NCBI GenBank assembly: GCA_011364925.1
Contig: RDOA01000034.1
Coordinates: 1-38,575 of the forward strand
DNA from: Promethearchaeota archaeon
Lineage (GTDB): Archaea; Asgardarchaeota; Lokiarchaeia; Sigyniarchaeales; SOKP01
Reading direction: 5' to 3'
DNA: 38,575 nt
Shown: positions 18,221 to 28,858 of the stretch, piece after piece
Numbering within the stretch: the stretch's first letter is position 1
How the letters are laid out: the number at the start of each line of letters is the position of its first letter
Notes under the pieces: model-generated
Database searches by the model: none
Seen by the model: the letters and a program-made list of their open reading frames with translations, nothing else
What the model was told of the DNA's origin: nothing
Program-made: the position numbers and the translations under genes

Positions 18221-19669
18221 ATGTCTCAATCAGAAATTATTAGCAAAACAGATTCAACTCAAAGATCGCCCCATAAAGAGCGGAAATATTGGGCATGGGC
18301 CATAGGAGGACCTGTTGGTTTGATAATGACAAATTTGTGGGGCAGGATTCAATACTTTTCAGCTCATATCCTTTTAATCCCGCAGCTTACTATTTTCATG
18401 ATTTATCTGATATATTCTACGGTTGATGCATTCAATGATCCATTATTAGGTTATTTGGCAGATCGTACGACTAGATTTACACAGAAATACGGGAAACGAT
18501 TTCCTTGGATAATGTTTGGAAGGATTTTTCAACCAATATTCTTAATCTTATCCTTCATTCCAATTTCTATTGTTTTAAATGATCCAGGTAATTTAACCCT
18601 TTCAATCGTGTGGTTATTAGTAATGATGTGCATTTTTGAGACATTCGGAACAACTGCAGAGATAAATCAATCTGGTTTGTTTCCAGATTTATTCCGAACT
18701 CAAAGTGAACGTGGCAAGGTTATACGAGCAACTCAGATTGTAACCATTATTTTCCAAATTTTAATTACTGCACTTCTCATTCCAATCATTTTGGGAAGAT
18801 TGGGTGGAAAGGATGTTCCTGAAGCGTATTTAGGAACAGCCATTATATCTACAATTATGTTTTACATCATGCTAATTCCATTCTCATATGGTGTATATGA
18901 AAATAAAGAAATTAGAGCATTCAGAGTGAATCTTGATAAACAAAAGAAAAGTTATTCTGCAATTAAGGAAAGTCTCAAAAGAATATTCACGGACAAAAAT
19001 TGGATGGCATACTTGATAATGTTTACCTTATATTCTGTCGCAGGAATTTGCTTTTTGAACGGAATACCTTTTTTCTTGCTTGATGGACTTGGTTATGAAG
19101 TAGATTCTATTCAGACTATCCTTCCAACATTAATTGTTTTAATCATGACTTTCGTAGGCTCCTTAATTTTCATACCATTAGTAAAGAAGTTTGGAACAAA
19201 AAAGTGTGGGATCATAAGTTTAGGGTTGTTTAGCTTGTTTTTCTTATTGCTCTTTTCGATAATCGTCTTACCAGTTGCTCTCTTAAACATTTTATGTATT
19301 TTCGGCGGGTTTGCCTATGGAGGTGTAATTGTAACGGGAATTTACATAGGTGCCGAAGCGATCGATAATGCAGTAATTAAGTCAGGCAAGCGAGAAGAAG
19401 GGTCTTATAATGGTGTTCTAAGGATTTTTACGGCTTATTCATATGCGACACAAACCTTAATTTTTGCGATAGTGTCTTACTTTACAGGTTTTGTTTCTGG
19501 TGACCCCAGTACTTATACTGAAGCGGCATATAATGGATTATTAGTTCAAATTAGTTTAATCCCATTCTTTATAATGCTTATTGGAGCAATAGCATTTGCT
19601 TTGATGTATTCTATAAGCAAAGAAAAAGCGCTTGAAAACACGCAAAAATTAAAAGAAATTGGATTATAA
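18221..19669 (+). CDS. MFS transporter, GPH (MelB-like) family
   Basis: DAFNDPLLGYLAD, YGKRFPW, GKREEGSY; about 12 TM. Confidence 0.88.
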   Translation: MSQSEIISKTDSTQRSPHKERKYWAWAIGGPVGLIMTNLWGRIQYFSAHILLIPQLTIFMIYLIYSTVDAFNDPLLGYLADRTTRFTQKYGKRFPWIMFGRIFQPIFLILSFIPISIVLNDPGNLTLSIVWLLVMMCIFETFGTTAEINQSGLFPDLFRTQSERGKVIRATQIVTIIFQILITALLIPIILGRLGGKDVPEAYLGTAIISTIMFYIMLIPFSYGVYENKEIRAFRVNLDKQKKSYSAIKESLKRIFTDKNWMAYLIMFTLYSVAGICFLNGIPFFLLDGLGYEVDSIQTILPTLIVLIMTFVGSLIFIPLVKKFGTKKCGIISLGLFSLFFLLLFSIIVLPVALLNILCIFGGFAYGGVIVTGIYIGAEAIDNAVIKSGKREEGSYNGVLRIFTAYSYATQTLIFAIVSYFTGFVSGDPSTYTEAAYNGLLVQISLIPFFIMLIGAIAFALMYSISKEKALENTQKLKEIGL

Positions 19670-19723
19670 GATCACATTATAATTTTTGCTAAATTAATTG
19701 GATTAATAAAATAGTGATTTCTC

Positions 19724-20833
19724 ATGGATGAAATAAAGCAGAATAAAAGATATATTATCGATAATTTCCGAGCAAAAAACTTAGAAGATAATCCCCTAAA
19801 TAGTCCAGTTGATCGTGATTTGCGTATTTATCTACCTCCGGATTATTATGAATCAGATGATACAAAATATCCAGTACTTTATTTTTTACATGGGTATGGT
19901 GGGAATAACCACAATTGGACAATCACATCTCAGTTTGAGAAAGATAGGGTTCTCCCTTTTGAATTAATTCCAAAACAGATACTAAAAAGAATTGATGTAG
20001 ATAGAATCCTTACCTACGAAAAACTAGATGAACTCATTACAAGTGAAGAGTTTACACCATTTATTTTAGTTCAACCCGATGCAAGTCTCCATATACCTAA
20101 TATTAACAACACGAAGAATCTACGGGGTGAACTTGCAACAAAAGGAAGCTATTATGTCAATTCCCCCTTCACTGGAAATTACATGGATTACATAGTCAAT
20201 GATGTTATAGAGCATATGGATTCTAGTTTTAGAACTATAGCCAATAAAGCACACAGAATTTTGATGGGAGGATCAATGGGCGGAGTGGGAACATTAAGGA
20301 TTTGCATAGCACATCCCGAAAAATTCGTAGCGGCAGCAGCTTTAAGTCCGGGAGACTTACATCCTGACTTATTAGATTGGAAGTTCGTGGTACCACTTTT
20401 CAAGGAAATTTTTGGTGATAGAATGAGTCAGGAAATGGGGAAGAAATCGTGGGCCGACATACTAGATACATGTGACCTCGTTTACTCCAAGGATAATCCA
20501 TTGCTTCCAACAATTAAAAGAGATGAGAACGGAAAGGTAGTAAGCCTAAATGGAGATGCTTTGGATAATTGGATGAAGACCAGGATAATTAATTTAATTA
20601 GGGAACGTCCCAATGCACTTAAAGAAATTAAATTATTGATAAATTGTGCGCAGAACGATGAGATGGGTTTGGCAGTCGGAGCTGAACAACTTCACGAAAC
20701 TCTAAATGAATTTGAAATTGCACATCAATTTGAGCTCTATGACGATCCTAAAGCATCATTAACGCCTCACATTTTAGGAATCGGTTATCATATTATTCCA
20801 GCAATGCGTTTTTGTCTTCAATTTATAAAGTAA
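19724..20833 (+). CDS. Alpha/beta-hydrolase, putative esterase family
   Basis: IYLPPDY...KYPVLYFLHG and nucleophile elbow GGSMGG. Confidence 0.85.
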   Translation: MDEIKQNKRYIIDNFRAKNLEDNPLNSPVDRDLRIYLPPDYYESDDTKYPVLYFLHGYGGNNHNWTITSQFEKDRVLPFELIPKQILKRIDVDRILTYEKLDELITSEEFTPFILVQPDASLHIPNINNTKNLRGELATKGSYYVNSPFTGNYMDYIVNDVIEHMDSSFRTIANKAHRILMGGSMGGVGTLRICIAHPEKFVAAAALSPGDLHPDLLDWKFVVPLFKEIFGDRMSQEMGKKSWADILDTCDLVYSKDNPLLPTIKRDENGKVVSLNGDALDNWMKTRIINLIRERPNALKEIKLLINCAQNDEMGLAVGAEQLHETLNEFEIAHQFELYDDPKASLTPHILGIGYHIIPAMRFCLQFIK

Positions 20834-20850
20834 AATTAAGAAATGAATTA

Positions 20851-22083
20851 TTAAAGAGTGATATCCTGATTTTTCAAAAATTCTATATCCTTATTCGCAT
20901 AATACACCCAAGCATTTCTAGACATATAACAGTAGTCCATTTCGCCTAGTTTGTGAACCAGCTCGATTCTTAACTTTCTAGCCTCAATATGTTCTGGATT
21001 AGCTTGTAAAAGAACATCAAGTACTTGCAACGATAGTTGAAACTGATTGTGATCACATAACTCTCTCGCTTTGTCAATGATTTTTTGATCATTCCCTATT
21101 AAGTCAAAAATTAATTTAATTACTTTCTTTTCTGGACATGGAATAAGATGTGCTGGATTATCATCAAAATACCCATGATACCATCGATACACATTATAGA
21201 CGAAAAATTCGGGTCTCGAATAGAATTTTTTTAAATAAGGACTTCTCTCAAGATGTTCTGGAATCTTTACCCTATGAATCATTTCTGTAATGTGCATACC
21301 TTCGTTAATGTATTTCACAACCTGATCATGTAATGAACGAATCACTTCGATGTTTGCATCTAGGGCGGCGAGCGCTCTTTTACCTCTATAATAATACGAA
21401 GCACCGTTACAAAAGACATGGTAAGGTTCTTTAGCTCTGATTTTTTCCAAGGCTTTAGCCCAATCTAACGCAAATCTCGTAGGCTTCCAGGGGTTGCCAA
21501 TATTTGGAAAACTCCCAATCATCAAATCACCTATAAATGCTGCATTTAATTCGGGAACGAACACCCATACAATATCGTCCGTTTCAGCTCGTTCTGTATA
21601 AAGCTCAAAAGTTTTATCACCTAAGTTTATTTTCATTTCACCTAAAAAAGTATCTGTAGGATGCACATAATTAGCCTCTCGAGGAATATCTGGCATATTA
21701 AATTGGACAGCAGTAATATGACCTCGATGGGGAGCTAACATTTTATACTTATCAAATCGGTCGGGTAAATATTTATTTGCTATTATTTTGGGATTATCTG
21801 ATATAAAAGCTCTTGCTCCTCCTACGTGATCCCCGTGACCATGAGTATAAATAATATATTTTATTTTGCCCTTGACTTTTTCAAAAGCTTTTCTTCCAGC
21901 AAACTCATTATTTAATGTATCAATCAAGACCACCCCCTCAGTTGTTTCTACCCACGCACAACCTACAATCGTAAGGTTAGCTCTAAAAACATCCTTAATA
22001 GGATTATCAAAATGGGGAACTTGTGGTTCTAATAACCTAAGACCCGTTATTAATTTTTTAGCATCTCTTTCATTTTCGTTCAT
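20851..22083 (-). CDS. Metallo-beta-lactamase-fold hydrolase, alkyl-sulfatase (SdsA/Pisa1)-like with dimerisation domain
   Basis: VLIDT, YTHGHGDH, ETDD, GD, PNIGNP, YRWYHGYFDDNPAHL, SRNAW. Confidence 0.8.
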   Translation of the reverse strand: MNENERDAKKLITGLRLLEPQVPHFDNPIKDVFRANLTIVGCAWVETTEGVVLIDTLNNEFAGRKAFEKVKGKIKYIIYTHGHGDHVGGARAFISDNPKIIANKYLPDRFDKYKMLAPHRGHITAVQFNMPDIPREANYVHPTDTFLGEMKINLGDKTFELYTERAETDDIVWVFVPELNAAFIGDLMIGSFPNIGNPWKPTRFALDWAKALEKIRAKEPYHVFCNGASYYYRGKRALAALDANIEVIRSLHDQVVKYINEGMHITEMIHRVKIPEHLERSPYLKKFYSRPEFFVYNVYRWYHGYFDDNPAHLIPCPEKKVIKLIFDLIGNDQKIIDKARELCDHNQFQLSLQVLDVLLQANPEHIEARKLRIELVHKLGEMDYCYMSRNAWVYYANKDIEFLKNQDITL

Positions 22084-22252
22084 AATTGATTATCTCTTGA
22101 ATTAGGAATTAATAAAAAGTTTTATTTTTTAGTATCAGAATGAATATCTTATTATAATTTAATATTATAAAAATATAATAATCTCTTAATCATTCTAGAT
22201 GACATCTAAAGTAAAAAAGAAGATTTTTATCTTGATTATGGTGATTTGAAAA

Positions 22253-23068
22253 ATGAAAAAAATTGAAATCAATAGAAAAACCGATATTTTATTAGCAATA
22301 CTCCTTATAATCTACTTAGCAGTTGGAGGGATTTCTAATATCCTTGGAAACCCAAATAACCTAATAGCTAATTTTGCTTTTCTTTTTTTTGTTTTACTCC
22401 ATGGAGTATTACGTTATGGAATCAAAAATTTGGTTGTGTTTTTTATAATTACCTTTGCTATATCTTGGACAACAGAAACTCTCAGTATTGTCTATGGTTT
22501 TCCCTTTGGTAATTATCATTACACCGCCATCTTAGGATTTAAACTTGGTGCGGTTCCTATAATGATTATGATCGCGTATTTTGTTGCTGGATATCTAGCA
22601 TGGACTTTAAGTTCGACATTTTTAGGTAACTATGGAAAAGGTATAGAGAAAAAAAATGTATTTTTTGTTCCTTTTATAGCAGGTTTCATCATGGTAATGT
22701 GGAATTTTTGCTTTGATCCGATAATGTCAACTATCAATGGATCATGGGTATGGGAAGATGGTGGTTACTATTTTGGCGTCCCAGTGTCGAATTATTTTGG
22801 ATGGTTTTTTACCGTATATCTTATATACCAAGTTTATGCATTATATCTCTACAAATTTGTTCCAAATAAAAAATTGGGAGGAAATAAGTCTTTTTGGTAT
22901 TTTCCTGCCATATGTTATTTTGGATTGGCTCTAGGATACTTGATAGGACCGTTTAACCACACAGCTAATCTAGATATTTATTGGTCAATGTTCCTTGCCA
23001 CTGTTTTTACGATGGTTTTTACTGCTGGCCTTAACCTGATTTTAGTACAACGAGCAAAAATCGATTAA
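22253..23068 (+). CDS. Carotenoid-biosynthesis family membrane protein (CruF/DUF422-like)
   Basis: E....YGFPFGNYHYT..LG..LG.VP, FDP, W.W..GG.YFGVPVSNYFGWF. Confidence 0.78.
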   Translation: MKKIEINRKTDILLAILLIIYLAVGGISNILGNPNNLIANFAFLFFVLLHGVLRYGIKNLVVFFIITFAISWTTETLSIVYGFPFGNYHYTAILGFKLGAVPIMIMIAYFVAGYLAWTLSSTFLGNYGKGIEKKNVFFVPFIAGFIMVMWNFCFDPIMSTINGSWVWEDGGYYFGVPVSNYFGWFFTVYLIYQVYALYLYKFVPNKKLGGNKSFWYFPAICYFGLALGYLIGPFNHTANLDIYWSMFLATVFTMVFTAGLNLILVQRAKID

Positions 23069-23342
23069 TTTTATTTTTTCTTTTTTCTTAAGAAAGAGAT
23101 TTTACTAAATCGTATTCTTGCCAACGAATATTTTGATCTAGATATTCCTCTAAATGCATATAAATTGAAAATGAGAATTTTTGTAATTAAGGCTGCTCTT
23201 ACAAATTAAATTTCCTTTCTTCTAATAGCTTATTTTGAATTGCTAATTATTACTTTATTTGTTTTAGGTGAAATATGTAAATTATTAATTTCTATGAATT
23301 TAAAACAATAACCTTTTATTCTAGAAGATAGAGAATTATATT

Positions 23343-23675
23343 ATGGCAAACGAGGATGTAATTAATAAAAAAATTGAGGAGATAGAAAAAAAATATAAGG
23401 AAAAGGAAGCTGAAATTCAAGAGCAAATTTCAAGAGAATTCGATTCAACGCTCGACGAGATTCATTCAAAATATGAAAAAGATTTTCGAGATATGGGGGT
23501 TGTTAAAAAAGAAAAAAGAGATTTAAAAGGTCGAATCTCTGAGTTAAAATATATTTTAAAAATATTCAAAAAAGAGATTTCAATTTTAACCAAGAATAAA
23601 AAGAAAAAACTAAAACAACAATTAAAAGAATTAGAAACAGAGAAAGAGACAGAAATCTCAAAATTGAAAGAGTAA
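23343..23675 (+). CDS. Hypothetical coiled-coil protein
   Basis: 110-aa K/E-rich heptad-like ORF. Confidence 0.6.
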   Translation: MANEDVINKKIEEIEKKYKEKEAEIQEQISREFDSTLDEIHSKYEKDFRDMGVVKKEKRDLKGRISELKYILKIFKKEISILTKNKKKKLKQQLKELETEKETEISKLKE

Positions 23676-23986
23676 CTATATTTGAAGTGAATAGAATATA
23701 GCTACTTTATAATATTCAACTTCTTCTTAATTTATTACTTCTCATTTCTTTATATTGAAGTATTTAGGCGGTTATTATTCTTATATTATATGCAAATATA
23801 ATATGAGAAATTTACACTAATATTTTTTATAATTTTTTAGGCATTAGTTTAAATATTATAATGTTTGGGATTGAAAATTTAACCAAATTATCCTCATTTC
23901 TTCATATTTTTTTTATAGTTTTTTATGCATTTGTTTATATATTTTCTTTGGGTTAGATTGTTAAAGAATAAAGGTGGATTAAAATA

Positions 23987-24349
23987 ATGTCAGGAACAGT
24001 TAAATTTGAAAAGCAAGATCTTATTTTTGAATTGCACGGAGTTGATGCAATACTTAGTATCAAAAGGAATATAAAAGTTCCTCTTAAACATATAACTTCT
24101 GTATCAACTGAACACGTAACTCTGGAACCAAAACTCCAGATGAGGTTAGTTGGTACTCGACTTCCAACGATTGTTAAGGATGGAAGATTTCTAACTTCTG
24201 AAGGTTTGATGTTTTTTGAAATGCATGACCCTGATAAATGTATTACAGTCTCTCTAAATCATGAACATTATAAGAAGATTGTTTTTGAAGTGGACGATAA
24301 GGAAGCTGTGGCAAAAAAAATCAATAATGCATTAAATCATCATCCATAA
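23987..24349 (+). CDS. Hypothetical protein, bacterial PH-domain-like
   Basis: IKVPLKHITSV...RLVGTRLP...GRF...YKKIVFEVDD pattern; GGTGG SD-like sequence upstream. Confidence 0.6.
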   Translation: MSGTVKFEKQDLIFELHGVDAILSIKRNIKVPLKHITSVSTEHVTLEPKLQMRLVGTRLPTIVKDGRFLTSEGLMFFEMHDPDKCITVSLNHEHYKKIVFEVDDKEAVAKKINNALNHHP

Positions 24350-24372
24350 AATAAATTTGGGTTGAAATAGGT

Positions 24373-25398
24373 ATGGAATCTGAAGTTAGTTTCGTGAATG
24401 GAACCATCAATTTAGCAGGGACCTTGACTATTCCCAATACATCCGTAGAAAAATTTCCAGCTTTCGTGTTTGTGCATGGATCTGGTCCGAACGATAGAGA
24501 TGAGAATCCAGATTTATCACTTATGTCTCCGAACGATAAAGAAAAGCTTATACAGACATTGAAAAGTTTCAACTTGGAAGTAAGTCAATTTAAGCTTAAT
24601 GTATTCAACGAGATGTCAGATTATCTTGTAAAAAAAGGCTTTGCTGTATTGCGTTATGACAAGAGAGGAATCGGTAAAAGCGAAGGTGATTACTCAACAG
24701 CCGGTTTCAAAGATCTCATATCTGACGCTCATGCTGCAATCAAATTTTTAAGAAGTAAGCCAGAGATAAATCCTTCGAAAATTATTGTATTAGGACATAG
24801 TGAAGGTGGAATCATCGGTCCTGTTTTGTGTGTAGAGGATCCTACTATTGCTGCACTTGTTATTTGTGCTGGAACAAGTCAGAAACTTGACGATATCATG
24901 CTACAACAAGCAAAATACACCAGAGAAATGCTCAAAAGGTTAACGCAAGAACAAAAAGAGAAATTAGGAGTTAAAGATACTCCCGATCCAGTGGAAGTAA
25001 TAGAAAAGTTGATTGAGAAGGTTAAACATGGCGATGAATATGTGGAAGTCGGAGGACATAAAGTTTATGCTAAATGGTTTCGTGAGCATTTTGCACATGA
25101 TCCTTTAGAGACAATTAAGCAAGTGAAATGTCCCGTATTGATTGTGCAAGGTGAAAAAGATTTTCAAGTTCCTTTCAGCAACGCATTAGCCCTTAGAGAT
25201 GCGTTAGAAAAGTCAGGAAATAATAATGTAAGGCTGATGCTGTTCCCGAATATTGATCATCTATTAAAATTTGAGCCGGGTCAATCCAGTCAATTAAAAT
25301 ATATAAGTAAAATGAACAGAGAAGTTGAACCACTAATCCTCAAAAGCATAGCCGGCTGGACAGAGTCAGTGTTGGTTAAAAATGGGAGTATGCACTAA
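24373..25398 (+). CDS. Alpha/beta-hydrolase (S9/S33-like)
   Basis: LAGTLTIP, HGSGPNDRD, RYDKRGIG, GHSEGG, QGEKDFQV, DH. Confidence 0.88.
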   Translation: MESEVSFVNGTINLAGTLTIPNTSVEKFPAFVFVHGSGPNDRDENPDLSLMSPNDKEKLIQTLKSFNLEVSQFKLNVFNEMSDYLVKKGFAVLRYDKRGIGKSEGDYSTAGFKDLISDAHAAIKFLRSKPEINPSKIIVLGHSEGGIIGPVLCVEDPTIAALVICAGTSQKLDDIMLQQAKYTREMLKRLTQEQKEKLGVKDTPDPVEVIEKLIEKVKHGDEYVEVGGHKVYAKWFREHFAHDPLETIKQVKCPVLIVQGEKDFQVPFSNALALRDALEKSGNNNVRLMLFPNIDHLLKFEPGQSSQLKYISKMNREVEPLILKSIAGWTESVLVKNGSMH

Positions 25399-25537
25399 TA
25401 TTTCTGAGCGAATGTGCTTTCCAAATAAAATTTAAGCCAAAACAAAACACCAATCAATTTTAAATATAAAAAGAACTCGGTAGCTTACTTATTATTCTTC
25501 GCTTATTCTCTTCTTTTTTCAATCATCGAATAGAATT

Positions 25538-26476
25538 TCAAACGAAAGCTAAAGTTTGGTTCATTAAAACTATTATCAAAATTAAAAATAATATACTAAT
25601 TGCTACGGGTATTATCATTACGCTGTATCCATATTTAGTCTGATCTAAGTGGGTTCTTCGATGGACATAATAATAAAGTAATGAACTTAGCCCAATCCCG
25701 AAAACAATGAAAAAAGAAATTATTCCAATGAGCTCTACTTTATTTCCAAATCGATCCGGTTCAAAATTAATTTTGAAATGGAGTGGAACTAGTTGGGGTA
25801 ATTGAAAGTAGATGCCTAAGAAATAAACCAGTCCTATTCCAGAAAGAACAATTGAGATCACAAATAAAGTTAAAGCATATTTAATATCTTTCGATGAGGT
25901 TTTAGGGGCTTTAAAGGGCGTTGGTTTCTCTTGAATTTGAGGCTCTATATTTCTATTCAAATTATTGAGAATTACTATGAACTCATCTACTTCACTTGGA
26001 GTGATTCCATAAAATTTTCTTTTTGGCTCATCCGCTTCAATAAATAAAAGGTGATCTAGTTTTGTGGCATATAAAGACACAGTCTCAAAGTTTCCCTCTA
26101 TTAGGTATTTGAATTTTCCAAGTAAGTATCCAGGAATCCCTACTCCACCTATCCTAATGCCCTCATATTCCTTTCTTTCAGGCTTAATTACTCTCTTAAT
26201 TTTTTCGATCGGAATTCTTGTAACTTTTAATCCCCATTTAATTAAAAGATACTCATTCGAAATTATGTATTCCATTTCATAGTATGAATATATTAATAAT
26301 GAAAATAGTGCGATAATTGCGATAAAAATACTGAGCATCGTTATTAAAAGAGACATGTTCTGAATTACGGGATAAATCAAAAATATAATCATCAATAGCA
26401 ATATAACAATAGCTACTGTGACAAGGGTTATATACTTGCCTCCATTTGACTTTGCGTGTTTAAATATTCGAGACAT
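25538..26476 (-). CDS. Membrane protein with bacterial PH domain and DUF1648-like C-terminal region
   Basis: 2 TM, then IRIGGVGIPGY..G.F...YGITP, then TM-LPQLVPLHF...PDRFG-TM-TM. Confidence 0.72.
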   Translation of the reverse strand: MSRIFKHAKSNGGKYITLVTVAIVILLLMIIFLIYPVIQNMSLLITMLSIFIAIIALFSLLIYSYYEMEYIISNEYLLIKWGLKVTRIPIEKIKRVIKPERKEYEGIRIGGVGIPGYLLGKFKYLIEGNFETVSLYATKLDHLLFIEADEPKRKFYGITPSEVDEFIVILNNLNRNIEPQIQEKPTPFKAPKTSSKDIKYALTLFVISIVLSGIGLVYFLGIYFQLPQLVPLHFKINFEPDRFGNKVELIGIISFFIVFGIGLSSLLYYYVHRRTHLDQTKYGYSVMIIPVAISILFLILIIVLMNQTLAFV

Positions 26477-26615
26477 GGATAATCGTCATCAATAATTGAA
26501 TTTTTGTTTAATTTAACTATTAATTAAAAATGAATGTAAATCAAACTATTAAAAAAGGAGATCTTCAAATTAAATAGGATTTTTTACTTAAACCTAAAAT
26601 GATTGAAGAATATTA

Positions 26616-27308
26616 TTAAATTCCTTTCAATTTATTAAAAAATTCATCTGGGTCATCAATTCCAGATTTAAGTAAAGTATATTCTTGTTGTATTCCTAAT
26701 TCCTTAGAGATTTTTTCTAAATATTTTTTGTCTAGCTCCTCTGGAAAACGTAACCAACATCCCAAAGCATCAATATAATCTTGCCATCCTCCAACGACTA
26801 ATTTATTTAAAATAAAGTCTTCTTTTGATATAACCCAGCACTCGATTCCAAAGATTTTTGCAAGATGCGGAGGTTTTAACCAATAATTTTTGTATTCTTT
26901 TTCCACTTTATTTACAACAATTTTCAACCAATCATTATCAGAGCGATATTTGTATAATTCTTTTATAAATGAAGTCAAAAAGGGTGGTTGAGAACGAGAT
27001 TTGCATACTGTTTTTCCAATATAATTGGGGACAAAACCTACTTTTTCAATTGTATATAGTAGATTTTCTAATATTCCCATTGCTAAATTAAATTTTCCTT
27101 GAACAACTAGACCAAGCGATATAAAAAAGGAATCCCAATAGAAAAACATATCCAAAAAACCACCTGGCTTAACCCATTTATTTGACAATGGAAGAGCCAA
27201 TAAAGATCCATCCATTGTCAATTCTGGCCAGAAATCATAAATATAATTAAAAGTATCAACTATAGTTGCCTCAGGGATTTTTAATTGAAATGGGTGTTTA
27301 GGCATCAA
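26616..27308 (-). pseudogene. Chimeric ORF: truncated GH37 trehalase N-terminal part fused to a nucleotidyltransferase-like C-terminal fragment
   Basis: aa 1-148 carry PGG...YWDSFF..LGL, GFVPN and RSQPPFL. aa ~150-230 carry VISKEDFILNKL...QD..DA...LD..YL. Confidence 0.7.
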
Positions 27309-27349
27309 GATAATTTCTAATATTGGGTACTATTATTAATAATAGGTTT

Positions 27350-27670
27350 TTATACATAATTAAATTCTTCAACAATTTCATAGTGCTGTGAAGTCTTGTC
27401 ATGTCTTAGAAGAACTTCTTGAGCTATTTGAGGTACATAAGATTTTTCATAATCTTCGCCTGCGAATTCCTTTACAGCGTTTAAATCATCAAATTGCATT
27501 ACTGTGATAAACTCGACCTCTTTTTGTAAGGGGCGTTTTAAAAGACTTATTTTTCTATATCCTTGAATTTTTCTCTTTGCGATGGATGGAAATATTTCAT
27601 TTTTTAGTAGGTTTTCATAGGTATCCGCATTTTTAAATGAGGTCCAACCATGCCAAATTCTTGCGATCAT
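27350..27670 (-). CDS. ABM-like (dimeric alpha/beta barrel) small protein
   Basis: MIARIWHGWT...NAD.YE...EF...FAGEDY...HYE. Confidence 0.75.
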   Translation of the reverse strand: MIARIWHGWTSFKNADTYENLLKNEIFPSIAKRKIQGYRKISLLKRPLQKEVEFITVMQFDDLNAVKEFAGEDYEKSYVPQIAQEVLLRHDKTSQHYEIVEEFNYV

Positions 27671-27759
27671 TTTTTCAAAACACTCCGATTGTTAAACATT
27701 AATGATTTAGTTTAAATTAATTAAATTATTTCGCATATTAAAATTTAGAAAGTTTTAGA

Positions 27760-28641
27760 ATGCCAAGAGTTAAGGTAAATAATATAGAGATTGAATATGA
27801 GACAACTGGAGATTCAACATCAAAACCGTTATTGTTGATCACAGGACTGGGAGGTCAATTACTTGCTTGGTCTGACGAAATGTGTGAAAATCTCGTAAAG
27901 AAAGGCTTTTTCGTTATCAAATTTGACAATAGAGATGTTGGATTGTCGACTAAAATTGAAGATGCGGGTGTACCAAATATGATGGAGATTAGTGCTGCTT
28001 ATACCCGCGGCGAAATGCCCAAAGTTCCATATACTTTAGAGGACATGGCTGATGATGCTATTGGTCTTTTAGATGCTCTGAACATTGATAAAGCCCATAT
28101 TTGTGGAGCTTCGATGGGTGGCATGATCGCACAAATTATAGGATATCGACACCCCTCTCGAGTAAGTTCTCTCATAATAATTATGAGTACAACTGGAAAT
28201 CCGGAATTACCACCGTCAAAACCTGAAGTCATGATGGAATTCTTTGCTCCCATTCCATCAGAACGTGAAGCTTATATTGATGAAATGGTAAAGCGTGATA
28301 GTCTCATTAACGGAACATTTACTTATGATAAAGATCAAGGAAGAGATTACAGGACTAAAGAATACGACAGATGTTATTATCCAGATGGGATAGTGCGCCA
28401 ATTGGCAGCAATGGCGATACCAGGTAATATTAAACCTTTTATATCCGCAATTTCCGCTCCTACCATTGTGATTCATGGAAGTGAAGATCCTTTTAATCTT
28501 ATAGAAGCGGGTAAAGAGATCGCAGCAACCATACCAAATGCTGAATTATTGATTATTGAAGGAATGGGGCATAGTTTTCCTCGAGAGATATTTCACCAGA
28601 TATTAGAAGCTATAGATTTGAATACTAAGAAAGCTATATAA
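27760..28641 (+). CDS. Alpha/beta-hydrolase
   Basis: FDNRDVGLS, YTLEDMADD, GASMGG, HGSED, GMGH. Confidence 0.9.
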   Translation: MPRVKVNNIEIEYETTGDSTSKPLLLITGLGGQLLAWSDEMCENLVKKGFFVIKFDNRDVGLSTKIEDAGVPNMMEISAAYTRGEMPKVPYTLEDMADDAIGLLDALNIDKAHICGASMGGMIAQIIGYRHPSRVSSLIIIMSTTGNPELPPSKPEVMMEFFAPIPSEREAYIDEMVKRDSLINGTFTYDKDQGRDYRTKEYDRCYYPDGIVRQLAAMAIPGNIKPFISAISAPTIVIHGSEDPFNLIEAGKEIAATIPNAELLIIEGMGHSFPREIFHQILEAIDLNTKKAI

Positions 28642-28858
28642 GTTTAAAATTTTAAGAACATTTTTGTTCTATTTTCATTATTATAGAGAATTGTAGATGT
28701 TAAAAATAAAATTGTGAAAGTCCAGATCTTTTTTATCTAAGTTTACATCTAAAATTATTGGTGGGTTATTGTTCCCTTATTAGAATTGATAATCTTAATA
28801 ATTAGTCTCAAATTACTTATGATAATCAGTTTAAGAATATTATAGAAGGTCTCTTTGT

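Noticed and set aside
23088-23250. Possible decayed minus-strand ORF (LAIQNKLLEERKFNL*EQP*LQKF...MHLEEYLDQNIRWQEYDLVKSLS*)
   Set aside because: Protein-like, but no recognisable homology, so it cannot be distinguished from AT-rich intergenic DNA.
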